Part shown: positions 45,768-55,330 of the stretch, one piece after another
Position numbering within the stretch: the stretch's first letter is position 1
Layout: the number at the start of each line of letters is the position of its first letter
Assembly: GCA_964412775.1 (NCBI GenBank)
Contig: CAYPPX010000002.1
Coordinates: forward strand, 4,935-68,934
From: an uncultured Pseudomonadales bacterium
GTDB lineage: Bacteria; Patescibacteriota; Microgenomatia; UBA1400; PJMF01
DNA: 64,000 nucleotides
Direction: 5' to 3'
The notes under the pieces: generated by a model
Databases searched by the model: none
What the model saw: only the letters and a program-made list of their open reading frames with translations
Told to the model about the DNA's origin: nothing
Program-made: the position numbers and the translations under genes

Positions 45768-46358
45768 TTGGTCATGAAAATCATTCTTTTTGGTGGAGCA
45801 TTTGATCCGCCACACTTGGGTCATCGGTTCATTGTTAAAAATATTCTTGATTTAAAATTAGCTGATGAAGTCTGGTATGTGCCGGCTAAAACTCATCCCT
45901 TTGCCAAAAAACTAACTGTTGATGAACATCGTTTGGCGATGTTGGAGTTTTTAGTTGTTGATGACCAGCGAACCAAAATCGAGACTTATGAGCTTGATAA
46001 AGATGGAATTAGTTATTCTCATGAAACTTTGGACGCCCTGGCTCAAAAATACCCAGAGCATGAGTTTGCTTGGTTGATTGGTTCTGATAACTTACCCAAG
46101 TTTCACTTGTGGGGAGATAGCAGGGGTCGTGATTTTAAAGCAATGTTAGCCAAATACCCTTTTTATGTTTATCCTAGAAAAGGTCACCCATTTTCACCTT
46201 TATATGGCAATATGGTGCCACTAGAAAATATGAAAGAAATTGAAGTTTCTTCGACTTTGGTTCGAGAGATGATCAAGCATCATCAGGATATTAGTAAGCT
46301 AGTCAAAGACGAAGTGGTTCAGTATATTAAGAAAAATAATTTGTATCCTGAAAGTTAG
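45768..46358 (+). CDS. nadD: nicotinate-nucleotide adenylyltransferase
   Basis: ILFGGAFDPPHLGH (HxGH nucleotidyltransferase motif) and NadD-like remainder. Confidence 0.8.
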   Translation: MVMKIILFGGAFDPPHLGHRFIVKNILDLKLADEVWYVPAKTHPFAKKLTVDEHRLAMLEFLVVDDQRTKIETYELDKDGISYSHETLDALAQKYPEHEFAWLIGSDNLPKFHLWGDSRGRDFKAMLAKYPFYVYPRKGHPFSPLYGNMVPLENMKEIEVSSTLVREMIKHHQDISKLVKDEVVQYIKKNNLYPES

Positions 46359-46360
46359 TT

Positions 46361-46669
46361 ATGGCTAATGCTAAATACAAACAATATTTTACTTTGATGG
46401 AAGACCAAAACAAGCAAATCTTTGCTGATTTTTTCCGAGTTCACCAACTTTTTGAGCTTGAAGGTACTAAATACGAGGAAGAATTCCATCAAACTGGTCA
46501 AAAAGTAGTCGATATAATACGTGATTGGGATCGTCGCCTTTGTTCAGCGATGGGTAAGGGTGCTTTTAGCCAATATTCTCAGAAATTATCAGAAAAATTT
46601 TGGGATGAAGCCAGAAAAAACTTTCCATTGATAGATAGAGTAGGGGTGAGAGTGAAAAAAACGAGGTAA
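46361..46669 (+). CDS. hypothetical protein (102 aa)
   Basis: ORF between nadD and nadE; does not resemble RsfS, which often follows nadD; unrecognised. Confidence 0.4.
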   Translation: MANAKYKQYFTLMEDQNKQIFADFFRVHQLFELEGTKYEEEFHQTGQKVVDIIRDWDRRLCSAMGKGAFSQYSQKLSEKFWDEARKNFPLIDRVGVRVKKTR

Positions 46670-46690
46670 AAAGTTGGTAAAAACAGAATC

Positions 46691-47470
46691 TTGTTTATAA
46701 TACCTCTTATGATGTCAGAATTTAATGCTTCCCAAACGATTGACAAATTAGTTAATGCTTTACAAGCAGTTTTCACTAAAGCAAATAAAACTAAAGCGGT
46801 GATTGCCGTGTCTGGTGGAATTGATAGTGCTGTGTCTTTATCTTTATTGGTCAAAGCCATTGGTGCAAAAAATGTTTATCCAATTTTTTTACCCTACAAA
46901 ACCCAGGATATGGCTGATGCTCAAACGGTGGTTGAGTGGAATAAAATTCCTCAAGAAAATTGGAATTTAGTGCAAATAGAGCCAATTGTAGAACAACTCG
47001 CAATCTCATTGAAAATTGTGGCTGAAGATCAGGTTCGCTTGGGCAATGTAATGGCTAGAACGAGAATGATTGCTGTTTTTGATTTAGCCAAAAAGCTTGA
47101 TGCCTTGGTGTGTGGTACGGAAAATAAATCAGAAAAATATTTGGGATACTTTACTCGCTTTGGTGATGGAGCCTCTGATATTGAACCGATTACTAACTTA
47201 TATAAAACTCAAGTCAGAGCCGTAGCTGAAGCGTTGAGTTTACCAGCAGTTTTTTTAATCAAAGCTCCCAGTGCTGGCTTGTGGTCTGAACAAACAGATG
47301 AAGTTGAACTTGGTTTTTCTTATCAGGAAGCTGACGTAGTGATGGAACAATATTTAGATCAACATAAGTCTATCGAAGAAATTAGTGGCATCGATCCTGA
47401 AAAAGTTCAACGGATTATTGGTCGAATTAAAGCCATGAAATTCAAACAAGAAGTGCCTTATTGTTTGTAA
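46691..47470 (+). CDS. nadE: NH3-dependent NAD+ synthetase
   Basis: PP-loop VIAVSGGIDSAV and NadE-like remainder, 259 aa. Confidence 0.8.
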   Translation: MFIIPLMMSEFNASQTIDKLVNALQAVFTKANKTKAVIAVSGGIDSAVSLSLLVKAIGAKNVYPIFLPYKTQDMADAQTVVEWNKIPQENWNLVQIEPIVEQLAISLKIVAEDQVRLGNVMARTRMIAVFDLAKKLDALVCGTENKSEKYLGYFTRFGDGASDIEPITNLYKTQVRAVAEALSLPAVFLIKAPSAGLWSEQTDEVELGFSYQEADVVMEQYLDQHKSIEEISGIDPEKVQRIIGRIKAMKFKQEVPYCL

Positions 47471-47561
47471 AAAAACTTTCACACAAAAAATTTATCATTA
47501 ACTAACCTAGATTAATTAAATTAGGTTAGTAGGCTAGACTTTTTTTGTTTTTTTCGTTACA

Positions 47562-48464
47562 TTGTGTCTTATGTTTCAATACTTGCCACTAGATAAAAGA
47601 ACTCCAGATCATCAATACAAAGATTTGCTCAAACAGATCATGAAAGAGGGGATTAGAACCAAATCTCAGCAAGGAGTGGATGCTTTGACTTTGATTGCTC
47701 CTCATTCGTTACACTTCAAATTAGAGAATGGTTTTCCGATTATTACTGAGAGAAAAATTAGTGAAAAAATTTGGGGTCAAGCAATTGGCGAGATTATTGG
47801 TTTTGCCAATGGGGCTAGAACCCAAGAAGAATTGTCAAATTATGGTTGTCACTGGTGGAAAGATTGGGTGACTGAAGCAAAATGTAAGAAGAGAGGTCTA
47901 GAAACTGGCGATATGGGTCCAGGTAGTTATGGGGCAGCTTTTCATGATTTCCCCACAGCTGAAGGTCCAACTTACAATCAATTTAAGAACATTATTGAGC
48001 AAATTAAAGAAAAACCACATCTCAGAACTCATTTTATTAGTCCTTGGGTTCCCCAATACACAATTAGAGGCAAGGGCAAACAACAAAAAGTAGTGGTATG
48101 TCCATGTCATGGTTGGATTCATATTAGAATCATTAATGATAAGTTAACTTTACATATGTTCCAACGCAGTAGCGACACACCAATTGGTTTACCAGCCAAT
48201 TTGGCTCAATATGCAGCTTTAACCATGATGATTGCAGAAGCTACTGGGTACGAGGCTTATGAGTATGTTCATAGTTTCTCAGATGCTCATATTTATGTGG
48301 ATCAATTACCTTATGTAGAAGAAATGTTGGCTAGAGAAGATAAGGTTCTGCCTACGATGACAATGAAAAAGAAAAAAGATTTTTTTGATTATAGAGTGGA
48401 AGACTTTACCTTAACCGATTACGAGCCACACCCAGGGATTTGGAATATTCCAGTGGCGATCTAG
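47562..48464 (+). CDS. thyA: thymidylate synthase (ThyA-type)
   Basis: CPCHGW...QRSSD...PANLAQYA...HIYVDQ and C-terminal DFFDYRVEDFTLTDYEPHPGIWNIPVAI match ThyA, including the catalytic Cys. Confidence 0.8.
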   Translation: MCLMFQYLPLDKRTPDHQYKDLLKQIMKEGIRTKSQQGVDALTLIAPHSLHFKLENGFPIITERKISEKIWGQAIGEIIGFANGARTQEELSNYGCHWWKDWVTEAKCKKRGLETGDMGPGSYGAAFHDFPTAEGPTYNQFKNIIEQIKEKPHLRTHFISPWVPQYTIRGKGKQQKVVVCPCHGWIHIRIINDKLTLHMFQRSSDTPIGLPANLAQYAALTMMIAEATGYEAYEYVHSFSDAHIYVDQLPYVEEMLAREDKVLPTMTMKKKKDFFDYRVEDFTLTDYEPHPGIWNIPVAI

Positions 48465-48476
48465 AAAGTTTTTACT

Positions 48477-48947
48477 ATGGCAAAATCAACTAAATACACT
48501 GGGCCCACCACTTTTGTTGACATTGATAACTCCAGAAAACCAGAACAAGTAGCAGTGATGGAACAAATTATTGAGGATGGTGGTTGCCCGTTTTGCATGG
48601 AAAACTTTCAGAAATATCACGAACAAGAAGTTCTGAAAGAGGGTCAATTCTGGTTGATTACTCCGAATCGCTGGCCTTATGAAAATACCAAGCTTCATTT
48701 ATTGGCAATTTTGAAAACTCATGCAGAAAATCTCCAAGAAATTCCGGTTGGAGCTGGAGAAGAATTAATTGAGCTTTTTAAATGGGTAGAACAAAATTAC
48801 AGTTTACCAGGAGGAGGTTGGGCAATGAGATTTGGGGATACTAACTATTCAGCTGGCACAGTTAAACATCTTCATGCTCAGTTTATTGTGCCTGATATCG
48901 GTAAAGAAAACTTTAAACCAGTTAGATTTAAAATTGGTAAAGGTTAG
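48477..48947 (+). CDS. HIT-superfamily protein, GalT-branch-like (HxHxQ)
   Basis: CPFC near N-terminus and KHLHAQFIV (H-x-H-x-Q) near C-terminus. Confidence 0.4.
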   Translation: MAKSTKYTGPTTFVDIDNSRKPEQVAVMEQIIEDGGCPFCMENFQKYHEQEVLKEGQFWLITPNRWPYENTKLHLLAILKTHAENLQEIPVGAGEELIELFKWVEQNYSLPGGGWAMRFGDTNYSAGTVKHLHAQFIVPDIGKENFKPVRFKIGKG

Positions 48948-48985
48948 TTTGTTTTTGTTAAATATTTAGTTATAATCCTCAAGCT

Positions 48986-49267
48986 GTGGAAAAATTACCA
49001 CTTTATGTTTTGGCCAACCAAGAAAAAAAGCCATTAACAGATTTGTTATTTTGGTCTGAGTTTAAGTTGGGAAAGTTTTTACTAATTGTTTTAGCTGATG
49101 AAGCCGTAAACCTTGTTTATCCAATGGTTTTGCTTGAGCCAACCACTGGCCAAGTAGTATCTTTTTTAAAAATGCCACGAACAATCCTGGCTGAATTGGC
49201 CAATATTGAAGAATTAAGTGAGTCAGCTGTAGAAATGATCACACTTTTAAAAAGTGCTAAAGCGTAA
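48986..49267 (+). CDS. hypothetical protein (93 aa)
   Basis: ORF; unrecognised. Confidence 0.35.
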   Translation: MEKLPLYVLANQEKKPLTDLLFWSEFKLGKFLLIVLADEAVNLVYPMVLLEPTTGQVVSFLKMPRTILAELANIEELSESAVEMITLLKSAKA

Positions 49268-50123
49268 TTTTTTCAATCTTTACCTGGTTGTCTAGTAGGA
49301 TTCTTTCACCATCTAGTACACTGTAGCCCTCGATAAAGTAAACTTTTTTGATGCCACTATAGGCAATTTGTTTAGCACAAACTGGACAGGGGAAAGTAGT
49401 TACTATTAATTCTGTTCCAGATAGAGAAAGACCTTGTTTAGCTGCTTCTGCAATCAGGAGTGCTTCTGCGTGAATGGCAGTTGAGACTTTAAGATATTCT
49501 CCTTTGTGGAAATTAGCTCTAGGATCACCTTCATAAGCAGTTTGGTACTCATTAGGTACATGTTGATTGTGGTGAGCTAAAAGAATTTTTGAACCTTTGA
49601 AAGCCACTGCACCAACGTGTCTCCACCAATCTTCACTTCGGTTTTTTTCCGTATTGGCTTTAGCAATAACCTTGAGGATACTTTTTTTATTCTTTTTAGC
49701 TTTATATTTTGATAAGTCAACCTCTTTTATTGATGATTTCTCATCCCACATTAGAAAAGTAGAGTCAAAACTTACTTTATTTTTGGCAAAATATTTAGTT
49801 ACTAAATGGTGGCTAATTGTTTCATTAGAAAAAATTAAACTAGCTTTTTTAGTTTGTAATTCTGTTAAGGTTTGTTGATTTAAAATCTTAATGTCACTAA
49901 ATAATCTAAGAGATTCAATTAGATCTTTGGTCAAATTAACATCAATTGCCCTGATATCTTTTTGCAAAGCTCTTAACTCATGAGCTAGTTCATGACTGAT
50001 TAACCATAGGTCAGTAATGCCATTTTTTTTGATATTTTTAATAAAAAAATCTAGATAGCCCTGATGTAAAACTGGTACATAGCTGACCAAGATAAAATTA
50101 CTTTTTTTCGCCTTTGAGTTCAC
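49257..50123 (-). CDS. dCMP/cytidine deaminase-family protein with ~150-aa uncharacterised N-terminal extension
   Basis: C-terminal HAEALLI...PCPVCAKQI zinc-binding deaminase signature. N-terminal half has no P-loop or other recognisable motif. Confidence 0.65.
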   Translation of the reverse strand: MNSKAKKSNFILVSYVPVLHQGYLDFFIKNIKKNGITDLWLISHELAHELRALQKDIRAIDVNLTKDLIESLRLFSDIKILNQQTLTELQTKKASLIFSNETISHHLVTKYFAKNKVSFDSTFLMWDEKSSIKEVDLSKYKAKKNKKSILKVIAKANTEKNRSEDWWRHVGAVAFKGSKILLAHHNQHVPNEYQTAYEGDPRANFHKGEYLKVSTAIHAEALLIAEAAKQGLSLSGTELIVTTFPCPVCAKQIAYSGIKKVYFIEGYSVLDGERILLDNQVKIEKITL

Positions 50124-50673
50124 TCAAAACCTCCTCAATTGTTCTGATTAACTTATTGGTTAAGACAGATTCGATTTTTTTGGCTGCTCCCATCTGCAGT
50201 AACCTGATTTTAGCACTAGTCGAAGTAACAGCCATTGGATCTAGGATTACCACTTGGCCACAGATTTTTTCCAGTTCTTTGATTTGTTCTGGTTGGTAAG
50301 TTTCTTTGGTAGCAATTAACACATCAGGTTTAATGATCTTGATTAATTCCCACTTAGGGGCGGAGAGTTTTTTGAGGACAGCTAAATCAACTGAGGTTAA
50401 GTAAGTGAGCATCTCCAGTCTTTCTTCTTCTGGAACAATCGGTCTATCTTCACCTTTTCTTTTTTTGATTTTTTTATCGCTATCTATGCCGACAATCAAG
50501 ATATCACCATAAGATTTAGCTTCCTTACAGTACCTAGCATGACCGATATGGAGCATATCAAAGGAACCCTGAGTTAGGACAATTTTCTTTTTTCTTTGAC
50601 GTTGTTGCTTGACGTAATCAGCAACCAATTTGTAGTCTGTGGCGATCTTGTAGCCGTTATTTTTCTTTGTCAT
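50098..50673 (-). CDS. cytidylyltransferase-like nucleotidyltransferase (HldE domain II / TagD / RibL-like)
   Basis: VLTQGSFDMLHIGHARY...ILIVGIDSD...KGEDRPIVPEEER follows the HxGH cytidylyltransferase-fold pattern. Confidence 0.55.
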   Translation of the reverse strand: MTKKNNGYKIATDYKLVADYVKQQRQRKKKIVLTQGSFDMLHIGHARYCKEAKSYGDILIVGIDSDKKIKKRKGEDRPIVPEEERLEMLTYLTSVDLAVLKKLSAPKWELIKIIKPDVLIATKETYQPEQIKELEKICGQVVILDPMAVTSTSAKIRLLQMGAAKKIESVLTNKLIRTIEEVLSELKGEKK

Positions 50674-50743
50674 AGCTTGAATGAGCAGATTGTAACTGAT
50701 AACCGCTTAAAAATATACTTTTTTACGGTACAATCGGTACAAG

Positions 50744-51499
50744 ATGAAAGTCACCGCCATTAAAACTCCTATTTTTCACCCACAGGCAGATTTATTTGTT
50801 TTTCTTAAAGAGAATATTCAGGCTTTAGAAGAAGAATCAGTAGTAGTGATTACTTCTAAAATTATTAGTTATGCTCAAAATAGATTTGTAGTAGTAGGCG
50901 ATGGTTCCAGAAAAGAAAAGCATGAGCTTGCCAAACAAGAGTCTGATTTTTATTTAGATCCTAGTTTGTCAAAATACGGAGTGATTTTAACAATTAAGAA
51001 TTCAATTTTGGCGGTAAATGCAGGTATTGATGAGTCAAATTCTAATAAACACTATGTCTTGTGGCCAGAGAACCTTCAACTGGTTACAAATGAAATTTGG
51101 CAATTTTTAAAAGAACAGTTTAAAGTCAAAAAACTTGGCGTGATTATTACTGATAGTAAAACAATCCCACTTCGCTGGGGTGTAACAGGCACAGCTATTG
51201 CGCACTGTGGGTTTAAGGCTTTGTTTGATAAACGTGGCCAAAAAGATATTTTTGGTAAAGAATTGGAAATGACTCAGATCAATATAGCTGAAGCGGTTGG
51301 TATCGCTGCAGTTTTTGAGATGGGTGAGGGCAATGAGCAACAACCTCTGGCAGTGGTTAATGAAATTAAACAACCAATTATTTGGCAAGATCGGCCTCCC
51401 ACAGCACAAGAGTTAAAGGATTTAGTTATTGAGCCGGTGGATGATGTTTATGCACCAGTTTTGATGAGTGTTAAATGGAACAAGGGGGGAAAGAAATGA
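50744..51499 (+). CDS. CofE-like (F420-0:gamma-glutamyl ligase family) protein, possibly folate-related
   Basis: N-terminal pattern IKTPIFHPQADL...EESVVVITSKIISYAQNRFVV resembles the CofE-family start; 251 aa; immediately upstream of folA. Confidence 0.45.
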   Translation: MKVTAIKTPIFHPQADLFVFLKENIQALEEESVVVITSKIISYAQNRFVVVGDGSRKEKHELAKQESDFYLDPSLSKYGVILTIKNSILAVNAGIDESNSNKHYVLWPENLQLVTNEIWQFLKEQFKVKKLGVIITDSKTIPLRWGVTGTAIAHCGFKALFDKRGQKDIFGKELEMTQINIAEAVGIAAVFEMGEGNEQQPLAVVNEIKQPIIWQDRPPTAQELKDLVIEPVDDVYAPVLMSVKWNKGGKK

Positions 51500-52071
51500 A
51501 CGTTTTTTTAATTGCGGCCTTGAGTGGAGATGGTTTTTTGGGTCGTGATGAAGCCCACAACTCCATGGAGTGGACCAGCAAAGAAGATAGTGAGTGGTTT
51601 TGGACCAGAACTGAACAAGCTGGTGCAATTGTGATGGGTAGAAAAACTTTTGGGGCAACTAGACGGCCTTACACCCCATTACCTAATAGAAAAAACTATG
51701 TTTTAACGAGTGATCCAGTTAAATGGCAACAAGAAAGTAAGTATCCACTAGCTAGACTTGAATATAGTAACTTAAAACCAAAAGATTTAATTGCAAAAGC
51801 TGAAGTCGATGCTAAACAATTAGGATTTTCTGAGTTAGCTATTTGTGGTGGAACCAGTGTTTATACTCAGTATTTACTTGCTGGTGTCTTGAATACTTTG
51901 TATTTAACCAGAGAAACTAAAGTTGAACTGGGTGGCGGGATTCCATTATTTGCTGAACAGGATTTAGAACAAATCTTGGCTAGTAATTTTGATTTAATTT
52001 CAGAAAGACCTCTCAATGATCGAGGTACTTTACTTCAAGAATGGAAAAGTCGGGGAAAGGAAACCAGATGA
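51475..52071 (+). CDS. folA: dihydrofolate reductase
   Basis: LIAALSGDGFLG, AIVMGRKTF, LPNRKNYVLTS and ICGGTSVYTQYL align with DHFR motifs. Confidence 0.7.
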   Translation: MEQGGKEMNVFLIAALSGDGFLGRDEAHNSMEWTSKEDSEWFWTRTEQAGAIVMGRKTFGATRRPYTPLPNRKNYVLTSDPVKWQQESKYPLARLEYSNLKPKDLIAKAEVDAKQLGFSELAICGGTSVYTQYLLAGVLNTLYLTRETKVELGGGIPLFAEQDLEQILASNFDLISERPLNDRGTLLQEWKSRGKETR

Positions 52072-52496
52072 AAGTTTTAATTAAGCGATTTGATAAAAGT
52101 TTGCCATTGCCAGAGTATAAAACTAGTGGGGCGGCTGCTTTTGATCTTTGTGCTAGACAAGATACTTTAATTCCTGCTCATAAAGTGGTTTTAGTGCCAC
52201 TAAATATTGCTATTCAGTTACCTGCAGATCATTGGGCTTTGTTGTCTGCCAGAAGTTCACTTCATAAAATGGGTTTAATGGTGGCCAATGGAATTGGGGT
52301 TGGTGATTATGATTATCGAGGTGATAACGACGAATATATGGCCGCTTTGCTTAACTTTACCGATCAAGAAGTGATGGTTAAAAAAGGTGAACGAGTAGTG
52401 CAGATGATTATTATGTCTAGAGAAAGAGTTGATTTTGAAGAGCTAGATAAGTTTGAGACTGAAGACCGTGGTGGTTTTGGCAGTACTGGTAAATAG
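52041..52496 (+). CDS. dut: dUTP diphosphatase
   Basis: AAFDL, GLMVANGIGVGDYDYRGD, and C-terminal RGGFGSTG motif 5. Confidence 0.85.
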   Translation: MEKSGKGNQMKVLIKRFDKSLPLPEYKTSGAAAFDLCARQDTLIPAHKVVLVPLNIAIQLPADHWALLSARSSLHKMGLMVANGIGVGDYDYRGDNDEYMAALLNFTDQEVMVKKGERVVQMIIMSRERVDFEELDKFETEDRGGFGSTGK

Positions 52497-52822
52497 CTTT
52501 TAGTTTATTTTCGTCTTTTTTTGGTGTACCTAAATTTGGTGTAGTTTTTTCAGTTTTAGTTCATAGTGTTGTGAGACACTTACCCACGGGGTAGAAGGGA
52601 CGGTGAGTTGCAGTTAGTTATTAAAAACACCTTTTTTGTTCTTTTAAGCAAAAAGGACTGATCTTTTGGGCTTAGTACTTATAGTCTAATTTTTTATTTT
52701 TCGCTTTGGGATTTCTTGGTATTGTGTGCTGATTTTATTTCATGTATGAATATTGCTCATATACAAATTGTAGTAGATCAATTCTAGATATAAACACAAC
52801 AGGTTGTGTTTCAGATGTAAAA

Positions 52823-53917
52823 ATGAGTAAAACTAATATTAAAGAAACCAAATCAACTTATCCAGCTAATTGGAAAGAAATTGATCATCCTTTTTATAAC
52901 CTAGTTAAGGATCTACTAGCTGGTAAAGGAGCAACTGAGCTAGTTGACCAAGAAAAACTAGTTCCTAATCAAGATTTTTGGGGAGTTAAGCCTCCAGAGG
53001 AAATTATTATTGCCACTGGTAGTACTAGAAAAGCTTACATGTTGAGTGTTGTCCTTAATGGTTTGGAGATTCCTCTCAATCATCCAATGGATTTCCAAGA
53101 TTTTATGGTGCATGCAATTTTTAATGGTGATGGTTCTTTGAAAGCTAAAACTTTTCTAGGTGAGTTCCATGGTGTGCCAGTTTATGCAGAGTCAGCCGCG
53201 GCTGGTGAAACTGTTGGCAATAACCCCAAAGCAGAAGCAGTTAATAAAGCTTTTTGGTTATCAGAACAGCCTCAGTATGTGGGGCGACATGTTTTAATTA
53301 TTTCTACTGATACAGTTGATTTTGTAGATAGGGATGGTAATGGTTTTGTTTCTCCTGGAGAAGAAGGTCTTGGTAAACCAATGAACCAAGCTCACTATCC
53401 TAAAAAAAACTCACTAATGAAATCAAAAAATGGGTTGATAAAAACTATTGGTGACAAGATTTTTGCTTGGCAGGAGAATAATTTTTTTGCAGAGTATACA
53501 AGAGAAAACTTTGCTTTAGGTTTAGATATTGTTCATACCAATGCGATTGCAATTATTGACTTACTCAGTAGTGGCGAAGAAGATTTGGTTAGAATTTGGG
53601 AAGTGATTCTAAAATCAGAGATTGATGCAGAGTTTTTTGAAAAATACAGACCAGTAATAGATCAGGGAGGTGGTGGTGCTTCACAACAGAATCAGCATTG
53701 GTCATCAACTGAGAATATTTTTTCTTCTTTAGACCAAGAAACCCAAGGAATTTTAGCTATAATTAAAGACACCGATCCTCAATTTTTTAAGTTTTTAATT
53801 ATTTTCCAGATTTCTGGCATGCCAGTGATGAATATTTTACAAACAATTGAAAACTGGGCTAAGCAAAATAAAGAACAGTTGGCCAAAAAAGAAGTTGTTG
53901 TATTTAAGGCTCAATAA
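52823..53917 (+). CDS. hypothetical protein, possible Maf/Ham1-like NTP pyrophosphatase-fold domain
   Basis: Start chosen at internal ATG (MSKTN); the ORF track starts at 52742. IIIATGSTRKAYMLSVVLNGL resembles the ITPase/Maf N-terminal strand-loop (xIVxATxNxxK); remainder unrecognised. Confidence 0.3.
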   Translation: MSKTNIKETKSTYPANWKEIDHPFYNLVKDLLAGKGATELVDQEKLVPNQDFWGVKPPEEIIIATGSTRKAYMLSVVLNGLEIPLNHPMDFQDFMVHAIFNGDGSLKAKTFLGEFHGVPVYAESAAAGETVGNNPKAEAVNKAFWLSEQPQYVGRHVLIISTDTVDFVDRDGNGFVSPGEEGLGKPMNQAHYPKKNSLMKSKNGLIKTIGDKIFAWQENNFFAEYTRENFALGLDIVHTNAIAIIDLLSSGEEDLVRIWEVILKSEIDAEFFEKYRPVIDQGGGGASQQNQHWSSTENIFSSLDQETQGILAIIKDTDPQFFKFLIIFQISGMPVMNILQTIENWAKQNKEQLAKKEVVVFKAQ

Positions 53918-53935
53918 AGTTAGAGTGAGTTACTT

Positions 53936-54577
53936 ATGAAAAAATTTCCAGGTATTCTTATTTCTCTTGAAGGTGGTGAGGGTGGTGGTAAAACCACTCA
54001 AGCTGTTTTATTGAGAAAAAGGCTTGAGCAAGCTGGTCGTGAAGTGATTGCGGTGCGTGAACCGGGTGGGACTGTTATTAGTGAACAAATCAGAAATGTT
54101 GTTTTATCTAGTAAAAATCAGGGGATTACTGATTTAACTGAAGTATTACTTTTTCAAGCTGCTCGAGCCCAAATTTATCAGGAGGTAGTTATTCCAGCTT
54201 TGAAAGTTGGCAAGGTGGTCATCATGGACCGAACTCGTGACAGTAGTGTGGTTTATCAGGGCATGGTCCGAGGAGTTGGTAGAAGTAAAATCGAAAAACT
54301 CAATGATATCTCCACTCAGAAAACCGTGCCTCACTTAACTTTGTTATTAGATGTGTCAGTTGAAACTGGTTTAGCTCGTCGAGCTGATTCGGGCAAGATG
54401 GATCGTTTAGACATGGAAGCAGTAGATTTCCATCAGAAAGTAAGAGCTGCTTATTTGACTTTAGCCAAAGAAGACCAGGACCAGCGTTGGCGAGTGATTG
54501 ATGCTGAAAAAGATGTTAACCAAGTGGCCGAAGCTTTATGGCAAGAGGTCAAAGCTAAAATTGATGAGTTAGCTTAA
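53936..54577 (+). CDS. tmk: thymidylate kinase
   Basis: ILISLEGGEGGGKTTQ P-loop, DRTRDSS (DR[YF] motif region), lid region; 213 aa. Confidence 0.85.
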   Translation: MKKFPGILISLEGGEGGGKTTQAVLLRKRLEQAGREVIAVREPGGTVISEQIRNVVLSSKNQGITDLTEVLLFQAARAQIYQEVVIPALKVGKVVIMDRTRDSSVVYQGMVRGVGRSKIEKLNDISTQKTVPHLTLLLDVSVETGLARRADSGKMDRLDMEAVDFHQKVRAAYLTLAKEDQDQRWRVIDAEKDVNQVAEALWQEVKAKIDELA

Positions 54578-54583
54578 AGAATC

Positions 54584-55201
54584 ATGCAAAAACTCCCCAA
54601 AGCAGTCACTAGATTGATCGAAAAATTTGAGCGTTTGCCTGGAATTGGCCCAAAATCTGCCCAAAGGTTAGTTTTTTACTTGTTACATAATCCTGATCAT
54701 GAGTTGATCGACTTTGCTGATAAACTCACCGCTCTGAAAAAAAATACAGTGATGTGTGAGATTTGTCACAATGTTGCTGAAGTTTCTCCATGTCCGATTT
54801 GTATTGATGAAACCAGAGAAAAAACTGTAATGTGTGTGGTAGAACAGCCTTTGGATTTATTGGCACTAGAGAGATCGAATATTTTTGCTGGACAATACCA
54901 CGTCCTTCATGGAGCAATTTCACCATTAAATAATATTGGTCCTGATCAACTTTATTTACGAGATATCTTGAAGAGATTGGTTGGGGTTGAAGAGCTAATT
55001 TTGGCTACTAATCCAACTATGGAGGGAGAAGCTACCGCGTTATATATTACTGAGTTGGTTAAAAAAAACACTAATTCAGCAATTAATAAGATCAAGATTA
55101 CTCGAATTGGTCATGGTTTGCCGATTGGAGCAGATATTGAGTATGCTGATGGAGTAACTTTAGCCAGGGCACTAGAGGGGAGAAGAGAAGTTAAAGCATG
55201 A
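54584..55201 (+). CDS. recR: recombination protein RecR
   Basis: LPGIGPKSAQRL HhH, C4 zinc finger (CEICHN...CPIC), Toprim, Walker-B-like C-terminus. Confidence 0.9.
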   Translation: MQKLPKAVTRLIEKFERLPGIGPKSAQRLVFYLLHNPDHELIDFADKLTALKKNTVMCEICHNVAEVSPCPICIDETREKTVMCVVEQPLDLLALERSNIFAGQYHVLHGAISPLNNIGPDQLYLRDILKRLVGVEELILATNPTMEGEATALYITELVKKNTNSAINKIKITRIGHGLPIGADIEYADGVTLARALEGRREVKA

Positions 55202-55249
55202 TATACTGAGTAGTGAAACATGGTGAACAACCGAGTAGTTAAAGTTAGG

Positions 55250-55288
55250 ACCGACTTATTTCTCAATTGAGAAATTGTCGGTTTTTTT
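55250..55288 (+). terminator. intrinsic terminator after recR
   Basis: ACCGAC-TT-ATTTCTCA-AT-TGAGAAAT-T-GTCGGT long hairpin followed by TTTTTTT. Confidence 0.6.
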
Positions 55289-55330
55289 GTTCTCAAGTAA
55301 CGGTTGGCTTGGGAAACAGAAAGGAATGTA

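Noticed and set aside
49257-50123. Anti-phage dCTP-deaminase-type nucleotide-depletion defence protein
   Set aside because: Known defensive deaminases carry an N-terminal P-loop kinase-like domain. This N-terminal region has no Walker A motif, and the gene sits in a housekeeping thyA/folA/dut/tmk context.
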